NCBI GenBank assembly: GCA_028712375.1
Contig: JAQTQG010000001.1
Coordinates: forward strand, 46,126-110,125
Source: Candidatus Omnitrophota bacterium
GTDB taxonomy: Bacteria > Omnitrophota > Gorgyraeia > Gygaellales > Profunditerraquicolaceae
DNA length: 64,000 nucleotides
Direction: 5' to 3'
The notes beneath the pieces are model-generated. The model saw only the letters and a list, made by a program, of their open reading frames with translations. It was not told the DNA's origin and made no database searches. The stretch's first letter is position 1; every line of letters starts with the position of its first letter. Positions 9,938-19,727 of the stretch are shown here, one piece after another. A program made the translations under genes and the position numbers.

Positions 9938-10873
9938 GTGGAAATGTTAAATCGGGTTTTAGTTCTGTGGTTGTTTAGTTTTGCGGTATTTTCGGTAAAC
10001 ACAGATGTTGGCGCATCAGAAGTTCCCGGGTCCGGAGTTGTTCAGGAAGAGTGGAACCCGTCTTCTGCCGGGCCGATTACCACCTGGACTGCGCCTCTTT
10101 GCGGTAAAGGGAGGTTCGTGATTCAACCGTTTGTTTTATATAATCGCTCCAGGGGTGAATTTGACTCAGATGGAAAATATCACGGGTTAGATAAAGGCAA
10201 TAAAAAATATCAATTTCAAGAACAGATATTTACGCAGTATGGCATCACGGATCAGCTTGAGATTGATTTTCAGGTAGTTTATCAGCAGAATTATGTTAAG
10301 ACGGATGGCTTAAGCGCCCATCAAAGCGGGTTTGGCGATAGTTACCTGTTTTTACGTTATTGCGGTTTTGAAGAAAAAGAATGGCTGCCGCATTTAACCG
10401 GTCTGTTACAGCTGAGAATACCTACCGGAAAATACCAGCATTTGGACCCGGATAAACTGGGAGCGGATTCTATGGGTAATGGTTCCTGGGATCCCGGATT
10501 TGGTTTTACTTTGACCAAGAAGCTGAAGCCATTTATTTTTCATGCAGATGCTGTTTTTAGTTTTCCGCAAAAAGTTATGATCGATGGAGTAAAAACAAGA
10601 TATGCCAGCTATTTGAATTATGATCTGGGAGTAGAGTATTTTTTGCCCAAAGGTTTTAATTTAATGCTTGAAGCCAACGGATACCTGCAAGGGGATGCTT
10701 GGCAGGATGGCCAAAGAACCGTATCAACGTCGGTGAGTTATTTAACATTATCTCCGGGTGTAGGCTGGTCTTGCGATAAGGTGCAATTATTATTGGCTTA
10801 CCAGAGAGTAGTAGCAGGGACTAATACTGACGCTAATGATTCAATAGTGTTCACCGGAGTTTATACTTTTTAA
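9938..10873 (+). CDS. secreted outer-membrane beta-barrel protein, putative channel
   Basis: signal peptide ending VGA|SE; alternating amphipathic beta pattern rich in aromatics; C-terminal ...GVYTF ends in Phe, the OMP signature; encoded between nikR and cbiM. Confidence 0.5.
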   Translation: MEMLNRVLVLWLFSFAVFSVNTDVGASEVPGSGVVQEEWNPSSAGPITTWTAPLCGKGRFVIQPFVLYNRSRGEFDSDGKYHGLDKGNKKYQFQEQIFTQYGITDQLEIDFQVVYQQNYVKTDGLSAHQSGFGDSYLFLRYCGFEEKEWLPHLTGLLQLRIPTGKYQHLDPDKLGADSMGNGSWDPGFGFTLTKKLKPFIFHADAVFSFPQKVMIDGVKTRYASYLNYDLGVEYFLPKGFNLMLEANGYLQGDAWQDGQRTVSTSVSYLTLSPGVGWSCDKVQLLLAYQRVVAGTNTDANDSIVFTGVYTF

Positions 10874-10919
10874 AATACATCCGGAGTTAATTGACACTCA
10901 ACGTTTAAAAGGAGAGAAA

Positions 10920-11597
10920 ATGCATATACCTGACGGATATCTGGGGCCGGCCACCTGTGGATTGTTTTACGCAATCATGCTGTCGATATGGACGATTGCA
11001 GCAAAAATTGTCAAAAAAACTTTAAGCGTAAGGCAAGTGCCGGTATTAGCTGTTGGGGCGGCATTTAGCTTTGTAATTATGATGCTTAATGTTCCTATAC
11101 CGGCAGGAACAACCGGCCATGCTGTAGGAGCTGTTTTGGTGGCGATTCTGCTTGGCCCCTGGGCGGCATGTATTGCTATAACGGTGGCTCTGGTTATTCA
11201 GGCATTATTGTTCGGTGATGGAGGAATTACGGCGCTTGGAGCCAATTGTTTTAATATGGCATTTGTGATGCCGTTTACCGGTTATTATATTTATAAAGCA
11301 ATAAGCTATAAATCTGCTGTGGAGTCCAAAAGGAGAGTAATGGCTGCGGGAGTTGCCGGATATGCCGCTTTGAATATTGCTGCCGGGTTAACCGGGTTCG
11401 AATTTGGTTTACAGCCTTTGCTGCATCATGCTGCCAATGGCCAGGCGTTGTATTGTCCTTATGGATTAAATGTTGCGGTGCCGGTAATGTTAGGTGAACA
11501 TCTTTTGATCTTTGGCTGGGTAGAAGCAATTGTTACGGCGTTGGTAGTAAAATATTTACAAAAAAAATCTCCAGAGTTGTTAACCGGGAGGGGTTAA
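10920..11597 (+). CDS. cbiM: ECF transporter substrate-specific component CbiM/NikM (Ni/Co)
   Basis: begins MHIPDGYL, the hallmark CbiM/NikM N-terminus; 225 aa polytopic membrane protein. Confidence 0.85.
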   Translation: MHIPDGYLGPATCGLFYAIMLSIWTIAAKIVKKTLSVRQVPVLAVGAAFSFVIMMLNVPIPAGTTGHAVGAVLVAILLGPWAACIAITVALVIQALLFGDGGITALGANCFNMAFVMPFTGYYIYKAISYKSAVESKRRVMAAGVAGYAALNIAAGLTGFEFGLQPLLHHAANGQALYCPYGLNVAVPVMLGEHLLIFGWVEAIVTALVVKYLQKKSPELLTGRG

Positions 11598-11601
11598 AAT
11601 T

Positions 11602-11934
11602 ATGAAAATTACTGCTAAATTCTGGATTGGTTTAGGGGTGCTGGCTGTTTTATCCCCCTTGGGTTTGTTGCTGCCCGAACATTTTAAAGCTGGCAGCGCT
11701 TGGGGGGAATGGGGTGCTAATGAAGTGCAAGAACTGGTTGGTTATATTCCCGGGGGGCTAGAGAAACTTTCGAACCTATGGACTGCGCCAATTCCTGATT
11801 ATGCGTTTAAAGGCTGGGAAGAAAAACCATTGGCAGAGTTGAGCCTGGCTTATGTTTTTTCCGCGGTTATCGGAATCCTTATTTGTGCCGGGGTGGTATT
11901 TATATTAGGCAGATTTTTAAGCAGGAAAGATTAA
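11602..11934 (+). CDS. CbiN/NikN-like small membrane component
   Basis: 110 aa with two TM helices flanking an extracytoplasmic loop (GSAWGEWGANE); starts 5 nt after the cbiM stop. Confidence 0.5.
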   Translation: MKITAKFWIGLGVLAVLSPLGLLLPEHFKAGSAWGEWGANEVQELVGYIPGGLEKLSNLWTAPIPDYAFKGWEEKPLAELSLAYVFSAVIGILICAGVVFILGRFLSRKD

Positions 11935-11938
11935 GTAA

Positions 11939-12919
11939 TTGCGCTCAAGAAGAGAAGTGATTATTTTAACTGGTGGTGCAGGTTTTATCGGTAGTTGTTT
12001 TCTCGCCAAGCTTAACAGCCAGGGCATAGATGATATTATCGTCGTGGACAATCTCGATGATTCAAGAAAATGGCGTAATCTTCTAGGTAAGCGTTTTTGT
12101 GATTATATTCCAAAAGATAAATTTATGCAGTTGCTGGAAAATAACCGCCTGCCCATACCTAAACATATTATTCATCTGGGAGCTTGCAGCTCAACTTTAG
12201 TCACGGATTATGACTATTTGATGAGTAATAATTATGAATATTCTAAAAAACTGGCTGTTTGGGCATTTAAGTATAATGTCCATTTTATTTATGCTTCTAG
12301 CGCTGCTACTTATGGAGATGGCGCGTTAGGGTATGATGATCGCGATGAAAATACTTTACTTTTAAAACCGCTTAATATTTACGGTGAATCAAAACATTTA
12401 TTTGACCTTTGGATACTTAAGAATAGTTATGCCTGCCGGGCTGTGGGATTAAAATTCTTTAATGTTTTTGGCCCCAATGAATACCATAAGGCCAAAATGA
12501 TGAGTGTGGTTTGCCGGTGTTTTGACGAGCTTAAAAGCGGCTTACCGATGAAACTCTTTAAATCATATGTGGCGCAATATCATCATGGCGAACAAAAAAG
12601 AGATTTTGTTTATGTAAAAGATGCTGTGGAAGTAATCTATTATTTTTATATAAATCCCCAAATTTCCGGGATTTATAATCTGGGTACCGGCGTTGCTCGA
12701 AGCTGGAATGATTTGGCGAAAGCGATGTTTGCGGCCCTTAATATTCCGCCGAGAATAAAATATATTGAGATGCCGGAGGGGATGAGGGATAAATACCAGT
12801 ATTTTACTCAGGCAGATACAGCTAAACTGCGTTCTTGCGGATGCCAGCATAAATTTAGCACGCTCGAAGAAGCGGTGAAAGATTACGCAATTTATCTTGA
12901 TTTAAAAACATATATTTAA
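11939..12919 (+). CDS. hldD: ADP-L-glycero-D-manno-heptose 6-epimerase
   Basis: IILTGGAGFIGS ... GACSST ... YASSAATYG ... FFNVFGPNE ... KRDFVYV; collinear with E. coli HldD/RfaD. Confidence 0.85.
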   Translation: MRSRREVIILTGGAGFIGSCFLAKLNSQGIDDIIVVDNLDDSRKWRNLLGKRFCDYIPKDKFMQLLENNRLPIPKHIIHLGACSSTLVTDYDYLMSNNYEYSKKLAVWAFKYNVHFIYASSAATYGDGALGYDDRDENTLLLKPLNIYGESKHLFDLWILKNSYACRAVGLKFFNVFGPNEYHKAKMMSVVCRCFDELKSGLPMKLFKSYVAQYHHGEQKRDFVYVKDAVEVIYYFYINPQISGIYNLGTGVARSWNDLAKAMFAALNIPPRIKYIEMPEGMRDKYQYFTQADTAKLRSCGCQHKFSTLEEAVKDYAIYLDLKTYI

Positions 12920-13028
12920 TAGCCCGCTATTGTTTATATGTTTTATTTCGCAGGTTGAATTTATTTTAAGTAAAAAAAATAATTTGTGCTATAATTTATA
13001 AAATTACTTAAAATAAATTAAAATCCCA

Positions 13029-14117
13029 GTGTTCAAAACTCCACTTTACGAAGTTCATCTTAAGCTTGGCGCAAAAATGGCTCCTTTTGGCGGATGGATG
13101 ATGCCTATCCAATATCGGGGGATTTTGGCTGAACACGCGCATACCCGTCAGCAGGTTTCCGTGTTTGATATCTGCCATATGGGTGAATTTTTGCTTCAGG
13201 CGGACCCATCTTCCAGCGGTTTTGACCGTTTAGTGACCCAGAATATCACTGCGATGCCTTTTGGCACCTGCCGTTATGGTTTTATTCTTAATGAACAGGC
13301 GGGGGTATTAGATGACCTTATTGTTTACCGGATTAATGAAACCAGCTGGATGATTGTAGTGAACGCCGCTACGATTGCCGCAGACTTTGCGCATTTTAAA
13401 GCGCATATTTCCGCAAACTGTTCTTTGGAGAATGTTTCCGATAAGATGGCTAAACTGGATGTACAGGGGCCGCAGTCTTTTGAAGTTCTTAAGAATATCT
13501 TTGGCCAAGAAATTGCGAGCCTTAAATATTATACTTTTGCGGAACTTAAGATTTTTGATCAACAAAGCTGCATTGTCAGCCGGACTGGTTATACCGGAGA
13601 GTTGGGTTATGAGATTTATATCGCTAATGAGTATGTTGGCAGGCTTTGGGAGCTTTTGCTTAAAGATGAGCGGGTTCTGCCGGCGGGCCTGGGTGCCCGG
13701 GATACTTTACGCTTAGAAATGAGTTATCCTCTTTATGGGCAGGATTTGGATCTAAATCATACGCCGGTAGATGCGGGTTTGGCGAAGTTTGTGGATTTCT
13801 CTAAAGATTTTATCGGGCGCGAAGCTTTAGCTAAAGAGCAAAAAACTGGGCCCAAAGAACATTTAATTTATTTTCAGGCAGATTCCCGGCGCGCCCCCCG
13901 TCACGGTTTTAATATATTGGATAAAGGCCGTCATGCGGGCATAGTAACCAGTGGTTCTTTTTCGCCTAGCCTGGGGGTGGGGATTGGAATGGGGTATGTT
14001 GCCGATAATTATGATATTGGCGCGCAACTTGTAGTTAAGCAGGATTCCGTGGAAATCCCGGTTGAAGTTGTGCGCAGGCCATTTTTGCATAAAACGTCAT
14101 TAATGAATCAAAATTAA
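13029..14117 (+). CDS. gcvT: glycine cleavage system T protein (aminomethyltransferase)
   Basis: TPLYEVH, GWMMPIQY and MGE motifs; 362 aa; GTG start; upstream region has an extended -10 element tgcTATAAT around 12983-12991. Confidence 0.9.
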   Translation: MFKTPLYEVHLKLGAKMAPFGGWMMPIQYRGILAEHAHTRQQVSVFDICHMGEFLLQADPSSSGFDRLVTQNITAMPFGTCRYGFILNEQAGVLDDLIVYRINETSWMIVVNAATIAADFAHFKAHISANCSLENVSDKMAKLDVQGPQSFEVLKNIFGQEIASLKYYTFAELKIFDQQSCIVSRTGYTGELGYEIYIANEYVGRLWELLLKDERVLPAGLGARDTLRLEMSYPLYGQDLDLNHTPVDAGLAKFVDFSKDFIGREALAKEQKTGPKEHLIYFQADSRRAPRHGFNILDKGRHAGIVTSGSFSPSLGVGIGMGYVADNYDIGAQLVVKQDSVEIPVEVVRRPFLHKTSLMNQN

Positions 14118-14135
14118 TAAACATAAGGGGGATTA

Positions 14136-14525
14136 ATGAATATACCAAATAATATTTTTTACACCAAAGATCATGAATGGGCCAGGATTGAAGGTAAGCT
14201 GGCTTATGTCGGGATTAGCGATTATGCCGCGCATTCTTTGGGTGATATTACTTTTGTGGAGTTGCCTAAAATAGGCCAGATGCTTAAGCAGTCGGCTTTT
14301 TGCGCTACCGTAGAATCAGTTAAAGCTGCTTCAGATGTGTATGCGCCTTTATCCGGTAAAGTTGTAGGAGTAAATGCGCAATTGGCGGCTAATCCGGAAT
14401 TAATTAATCAGTCGCCTTATGAGAAAGGGTATTTTTTCTCCATGGAATTTTCTGATGAGGCTGAAAAAAATAACCTTATGGACGCTTCTGCTTACCAAAA
14501 ATATGTAGAAGGAATTGCTAAATGA
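14136..14525 (+). CDS. gcvH: glycine cleavage system H protein
   Basis: 129 aa; lipoyl-lysine motif VESVKAASD. Confidence 0.9.
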   Translation: MNIPNNIFYTKDHEWARIEGKLAYVGISDYAAHSLGDITFVELPKIGQMLKQSAFCATVESVKAASDVYAPLSGKVVGVNAQLAANPELINQSPYEKGYFFSMEFSDEAEKNNLMDASAYQKYVEGIAK

Positions 14526-15853
14526 GTTATATTCCGCATACGCAGGAAGATATTAGCCAGATGCTTGCGGCTATCGGGGCTAAAAGTATTGATGATCTTT
14601 TTAAAGATATTCCTGTTGCTCTGCGGCCAAAATCTTTTAATCTTCCGGCGGAAAAATCAGAATTTGAAGTAACCCAGATTTTACGCAAGGCAGCGGCAAA
14701 GAATGCAACCGGCCTGGTTAATTTTGTGGGGGCAGGTTTCTATGATCATATTATACCGGCGGCAGTTGATGCCTTAACCTCGCGTTCGGAATTCTATACG
14801 GCATATACTCCTTATCAACCGGAATGTTCGCAAGGCTGGCTGCAGGCAATCTATGAATATCAAAGTATTATTTGCCGGTTAACCGGCCTAGATGTTTCCA
14901 ATGCTTCTTTATATGATGGAGGTACGGCGCTTTTTGAGGCGATGATGATGGCGCTAAGGCACACCGGCCGCAATAAAATTATATTAGATAGCGGAATTAA
15001 TTTGATTTACCGGATGATGCTTTATACTTATACTTCCAATCTTTCTATTGAGTTTGTGGAAATTCCGGTAGAACATGGGCAGAGCTGCCGTGAGGAATTG
15101 TTTAAATGCCTGGATGATAAGACTGCCGCGGTAATCTTTCAGAACCCTAATTTCTTTGGGGCAGTTGATGATCATAGCGATATTGTTGAAAAGGTGCATA
15201 AATTTGGCGCCTTGGCTATTGCTTCGGTATATCCGGTATCTTTGGGGATGCTAAAAACTCCGGGAGAGATGGGGTTTGATATTGCTACTGGAGAAGGGCA
15301 GAGTTTAGGTATCCCGCTTTCTTTTGGCGGGCCTTATCTTGGGTTTATGGCGGTAAAAAACCAGTTTGTGCGGCAGATGCCGGGTAGGATTGTGGGGGCT
15401 ACTGTTGATAGCGATGGTAAAAGGGGTTTTGTTTTGACTTTGCAGACACGCGAACAGCATATCCGCAGGGAAAAAGCAACCTCCAACATTTGTTCTAACG
15501 AAGCACTTTGTGCTTTGCGTGCGGCTGTATTTGTTTCTCTTTTAGGAAAAGAAGGTTTTCAAGAATTAGCTCAGCGTAATTATCAAAAGGCAGAGTTTAC
15601 TAAAGAGGCGCTATCGCGGATTAGCGGGGTAGAGGTAAAGCGTTCTTCGCCTACTTTTAATGAGTTTACCATTCTTCTGCCGCGCAATGCTGATGAAGTA
15701 GTGCGCCGGATGATTGAAGAAGGGTTTGCCTGCGGTTTTCCGTTAGGAAGGTTTTACAAGGGGATGGATAATTATTTACTGGTTGCAGTGACGGAAAAAA
15801 GAACCCGGGAAGAGATTGGCAGTTTTGTGGATAGTTTAGGAGCAGTATTATGA
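14522..15853 (+). CDS. gcvPA: glycine dehydrogenase (decarboxylating) subunit 1
   Basis: 443 aa; N-terminal half of the P-protein; 4-nt overlap with gcvH. Confidence 0.9.
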   Translation: MSYIPHTQEDISQMLAAIGAKSIDDLFKDIPVALRPKSFNLPAEKSEFEVTQILRKAAAKNATGLVNFVGAGFYDHIIPAAVDALTSRSEFYTAYTPYQPECSQGWLQAIYEYQSIICRLTGLDVSNASLYDGGTALFEAMMMALRHTGRNKIILDSGINLIYRMMLYTYTSNLSIEFVEIPVEHGQSCREELFKCLDDKTAAVIFQNPNFFGAVDDHSDIVEKVHKFGALAIASVYPVSLGMLKTPGEMGFDIATGEGQSLGIPLSFGGPYLGFMAVKNQFVRQMPGRIVGATVDSDGKRGFVLTLQTREQHIRREKATSNICSNEALCALRAAVFVSLLGKEGFQELAQRNYQKAEFTKEALSRISGVEVKRSSPTFNEFTILLPRNADEVVRRMIEEGFACGFPLGRFYKGMDNYLLVAVTEKRTREEIGSFVDSLGAVL

Positions 15854-15959
15854 ACCTATTCAATTACAAGTTTAGGGGTTATCTTGTGCTTCGACGAGCT
15901 CAGCATGGTTGGAAACATGGTGAGTTAAATCGAACCAAGCGACTGGAAGGAGCCGAGGG

Positions 15960-17405
15960 ATGAAATTAATCTTCGAGCTTGATAAACCCGGCCGCCGGGG
16001 ATTTTCTTATGGCGCAAACGATGTTTCCGCAACTAACCCTCTGCCTAAGAAATACTGCCGTTTAAATCAAGCGCAACTGCCTTGCCTTAGCGAGCTGGAT
16101 GTAGTGCGCCACTTTACTAATCTTTCGCGCCTTAATTTTTCCGTAGATACAAATTTTTATCCGTTAGGCTCCTGCACTATGAAGTATAATCCGAAATTTA
16201 CGGAAGCCATTGCTGCTTTGGAAGGGTTTACGCAATTACACCCTTTATTGCCGCAGCTTTCCAGCAAATTAGCGCAAGGCTCACTGGAAGTATTATATGA
16301 ATTTGAGCAATTGCTTAAGGAAATTACCGGGATGAGCGCTTTTACGTTGCAGCCGTTGGCCGGAGCGCACGGCGAGTTAACCGGAGTGATGCTGATTGCC
16401 GCGTATCATAAAAACCGGGGATCCCGGCGTAAATATGTGGTTGTGCCGGATTCATCGCATGGCACTAATCCTTCAAGTGCCGCGATTGCCGGTTATCAAG
16501 TAAAGGTTATTCCCACGGGTGCCGATGGTTATATGGATTTAGAGCAGTATAAAAAACAATTGGATAATGAAGTGGCAGCGGTAATGTTGACTTGCCCGGA
16601 TACTTTAGGATTGTTTAACCCGCGGATCAAAGAAATCGCGGATTTGGCGCATAACGTCGGCGCTTTAATGTATTATGATGGAGCCAACCTTAACGCTATG
16701 CTTGGTAAGGCGCGCCCCGGAGATCTTGGTTTTGATCTAATGCATATTAACTTGCACAAGACCTTTGGTACTCCTCATGGGGGAGGAGGCCCGGGAGCCG
16801 GCCCGGTGGGAGTTAATGAAAAGTTAGTTGAGTTTTTGCCTATTTCGCGGGTTATCCGTAAAGAAGATGCAGTATTTGCCTTAGAATATAATTATCCTAA
16901 ATCTATCGGTTATGTTGCGCCTTTTTACGGCAATTTTGGAGTGATCCTTAAAGCCTATGCTTATATTCTGGCTTTAGGCAAAGATGGCTTGACCAGAGTC
17001 GCGGAGGTTGCTGTGCTTAATGCTAATTATTGCCAGTCCAGGCTTAAAGAGTATTATGATTTAGCTTTTGATAAAACTTGTATGCATGAATGTGTTTTTT
17101 CCGCTTCCCGTCAAGTAAAACATGGCGTGCATGCTTTAGATATTGCTAAATATCTGATCGATCAGGGGTATCATCCTCCAACCATATATTTCCCCCTGAT
17201 TGTTCAAGAGGCGCTCATGATTGAACCTACAGAAACAGAATCAAAAGAATCTTTGGATGCCTTTATTGAAATAATGATTAAGATCGCCGGCTTAGCCGAA
17301 GAAAATCCCGCGTTGGTTACCCGGGCGCCGCTGAATATGCCGGTAAAGCGCCTGGATGAGGTAAGGGCAGCGCGCCAGCCGGATCTTTGCTGGAAGAAAT
17401 CCTAA
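15960..17405 (+). CDS. gcvPB: glycine dehydrogenase (decarboxylating) subunit 2
   Basis: 481 aa; PLP-lysine motif NLHKTF. Confidence 0.9.
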   Translation: MKLIFELDKPGRRGFSYGANDVSATNPLPKKYCRLNQAQLPCLSELDVVRHFTNLSRLNFSVDTNFYPLGSCTMKYNPKFTEAIAALEGFTQLHPLLPQLSSKLAQGSLEVLYEFEQLLKEITGMSAFTLQPLAGAHGELTGVMLIAAYHKNRGSRRKYVVVPDSSHGTNPSSAAIAGYQVKVIPTGADGYMDLEQYKKQLDNEVAAVMLTCPDTLGLFNPRIKEIADLAHNVGALMYYDGANLNAMLGKARPGDLGFDLMHINLHKTFGTPHGGGGPGAGPVGVNEKLVEFLPISRVIRKEDAVFALEYNYPKSIGYVAPFYGNFGVILKAYAYILALGKDGLTRVAEVAVLNANYCQSRLKEYYDLAFDKTCMHECVFSASRQVKHGVHALDIAKYLIDQGYHPPTIYFPLIVQEALMIEPTETESKESLDAFIEIMIKIAGLAEENPALVTRAPLNMPVKRLDEVRAARQPDLCWKKS

Positions 17406-17413
17406 AAAATTAA

Positions 17414-18160
17414 ATGAAAACTTTTCGCCTTATCCGATCAGGTGCTTTGAGTGCTGTTAGTAATATGGCGCTTGATGAAGAAATATTTAAACGTTATCAG
17501 GATGATGGAATCGGACTGCTACGTCTTTATCGTTGGAGAAGTCCGTCTTTTACTTATGGGTTTTCACAAGACCCCGCAACCCAGATGGATTTGTCCGCTT
17601 GCGCAGTTGATGGTGTGGAGGTGTCCAAAAGAATAACCGGCGGCGGGATTTTATTCCACGATGACGAAATAACATATAGTTTTGTCTGTAGTAAGTCTGA
17701 TGTATGTGAGCCGCAGAATGTTTTTGTGGATTACCGGAATATCTGTAAGTTTCTTATCCGGTTTTATGAATCTTTGGGCCTGGCGCCTGCTTTTGCCCTG
17801 GAGTGCGCGGGCTTTCAAAATAAATGCGCACCGCATGAGTTGTGCGGCGCCTCACATGAAAAATATGATATTGTGATAGGTACAAAGAAAATCGGCGGGA
17901 ATGCTCAAAAAAGAAACCGGCAGGCGATATTTCAACACGGTTCTATTCCTTGCAGGATAAATTGGAATTTTATGCGTAAATATATTAAGCCTCTACCGGA
18001 AGGTTTTTGTTCAGATCTGACCACTTTATCGGAAGAATTAAAGATTGTTCCTGAAAAAAATATTTTAGAGCAGAAACTTATCGATGCTTTTAGTGCCGTT
18101 TTTAATGTAAGGTTTGTTGAAATAGACCAATTCATATATGAAACCAGTATGGTTAAATAA
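17414..18160 (+). CDS. lipoate-protein ligase / octanoyltransferase (LplA/LipM family)
   Basis: BPL_LplA_LipB-type catalytic domain (RWRSPSFTYG, ITGGG, KKIGGNAQK); lies between gcvPB and lipA. Confidence 0.7.
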   Translation: MKTFRLIRSGALSAVSNMALDEEIFKRYQDDGIGLLRLYRWRSPSFTYGFSQDPATQMDLSACAVDGVEVSKRITGGGILFHDDEITYSFVCSKSDVCEPQNVFVDYRNICKFLIRFYESLGLAPAFALECAGFQNKCAPHELCGASHEKYDIVIGTKKIGGNAQKRNRQAIFQHGSIPCRINWNFMRKYIKPLPEGFCSDLTTLSEELKIVPEKNILEQKLIDAFSAVFNVRFVEIDQFIYETSMVK

Positions 18161-18974
18161 AAAGATTAGCCTTAAGGATTGTGCACAGATAAAACAGATT
18201 TTGCGCACCTACCATTTAAACACTGTTTGTGAGCAGGCAATGTGTCCGAATATCGGTGAATGTTTCGCGCAAAAAGTAGCGACATTTTTAATTTTGGGAA
18301 AGATTTGTACGCGTAATTGCAGTTTTTGTAATATCCAAAAAGCCAGGCCTTTACCGCCGGATTTAGATGAGCCGGAAAGATTGGCGCAGATGGTTAAGCA
18401 GCTTGGTTTAAAGCATATTGTAGTTACCAGTGTCACCAGGGATGATCTGTCCGACGGTGGGGCTGGGATATTCGCGGACACGGCCAGGCGGATTCACCAA
18501 CAGTCTCCGCAGGCAACCGTGGAATTATTAATTCCGGATTTCGGGTTTTCTTTAGCTTCTTTAAAAACCGTTGTTGCTTCTGGGCCGCAGATTATTGCGC
18601 ATAATTTGGAAACAGTGCCATCGCTTTATAAGGTAACGCGCCAGGGGGCAGACTATCAAGGTTCGTTGGGGTTGTTGCGTGTTCTAAAAAAAATTGCCCC
18701 CGGGATTAAAACAAAATCCGGATTAATGCTGGGGTTAGGAGAAGAGCCGGGAGAGGTTTTAAACGTGATGGATGATTTGCGTTCTGCAGGGTGTGATTTA
18801 TTGAGTATTGGCCAGTATTTGGCGCCAAGTCAAAAGCATTACCCAGTTAAGGAATATGTTAGCCCCGATGTTTTTGATGACTATAAAGAAAAAGCGCGCA
18901 GACTAGGATTCTTGCATATTGAAAGCGGTCCCTATGTACGTAGTTCATATTTAGCCGGTGATTATCTATCTTAA
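18138..18974 (+). CDS. lipA: lipoyl synthase
   Basis: radical SAM cluster CTRNCSFC plus the N-terminal auxiliary cysteines CPNIGEC; 278 aa. Confidence 0.9.
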   Translation: MKPVWLNKKISLKDCAQIKQILRTYHLNTVCEQAMCPNIGECFAQKVATFLILGKICTRNCSFCNIQKARPLPPDLDEPERLAQMVKQLGLKHIVVTSVTRDDLSDGGAGIFADTARRIHQQSPQATVELLIPDFGFSLASLKTVVASGPQIIAHNLETVPSLYKVTRQGADYQGSLGLLRVLKKIAPGIKTKSGLMLGLGEEPGEVLNVMDDLRSAGCDLLSIGQYLAPSQKHYPVKEYVSPDVFDDYKEKARRLGFLHIESGPYVRSSYLAGDYLS

Positions 18975-18992
18975 AGACTGGAGAATTATTAT

Positions 18993-19712
18993 ATGGCAAA
19001 AGTTAATTTAGATGTCAGATTATTGGAGGTGAGTCAGAATGCGATTACGCTTATTTACGTGGCTTGCCGGCAGTGTTATTCGGAAAAATTTGCCGGCGAC
19101 GTTTTTTTAGATGCCAGCGTAGATATAAAAAAACAGGAAGAGTTCGTTAAAAATATTGTTGCTTCCGGGCATATGAGCCCGCTGGAACATGTTAAATTCA
19201 GCTTTGCTATTGCGGGGGTTTCCCGGGCACTGACACATCAATTGGTAAGGCACCGCCTGGCTTCTTATTCTCAACAAAGCCAGCGCTATGTTAAAGAAAA
19301 AGATTTTGATTACATTATCCCGCCGGTAATTGAACGCAATTCTGCGGCAAAAGCGGAATTTGAAAATTTGATGGCTATTATTCAGCAGGGTTATACTAAG
19401 TTGCTTGGGCTCTTGGGCCAGGATAATTTGAGCGGAGAGATGGCTAATCAGGATGCGCGTTTTGTCCTGCCGCAGGCAGCGGAAACTAAAATTGTAGTAA
19501 CCATGAATTGCCGGGAGTTGTTGCATTTTTTTCAGCACCGTTGTTGTTCGCGTGCGCAGTGGGAGATACGTAAGTTAGCGGATAGCATGCTGGATATTTG
19601 CCGCCAGGAGTTACCGGCAGTTTTTTCCGCCGGCGGAGCAAAATGCGAAGCTTTGGGTTATTGCCCTGAAGGAGAAAAGTTTTGTTGTGGTAAATATCCC
19701 CTGAAACCCTAA
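18993..19712 (+). CDS. thyX: FAD-dependent thymidylate synthase ThyX with a Cys-rich C-terminal tail
   Basis: ThyX signature RHRLASYSQQSQRY; ends ...KCEALGYCPEGEKFCCGKYPLKP. Confidence 0.85.
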   Translation: MAKVNLDVRLLEVSQNAITLIYVACRQCYSEKFAGDVFLDASVDIKKQEEFVKNIVASGHMSPLEHVKFSFAIAGVSRALTHQLVRHRLASYSQQSQRYVKEKDFDYIIPPVIERNSAAKAEFENLMAIIQQGYTKLLGLLGQDNLSGEMANQDARFVLPQAAETKIVVTMNCRELLHFFQHRCCSRAQWEIRKLADSMLDICRQELPAVFSAGGAKCEALGYCPEGEKFCCGKYPLKP

Positions 19713-19727
19713 AACTTATTCTTAAAA

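Noticed and set aside
12920-13028. glycine riboswitch upstream of gcvT
   Set aside because: AT-rich promoter-like sequence only; none of the conserved aptamer core elements is seen by eye; needs an Rfam scan to be sure.
13375-13716. 113-aa ORF in an alternate frame within gcvT
   Set aside because: The gcvT frame carries conserved GcvT motifs; the alternate frame is an artefact.
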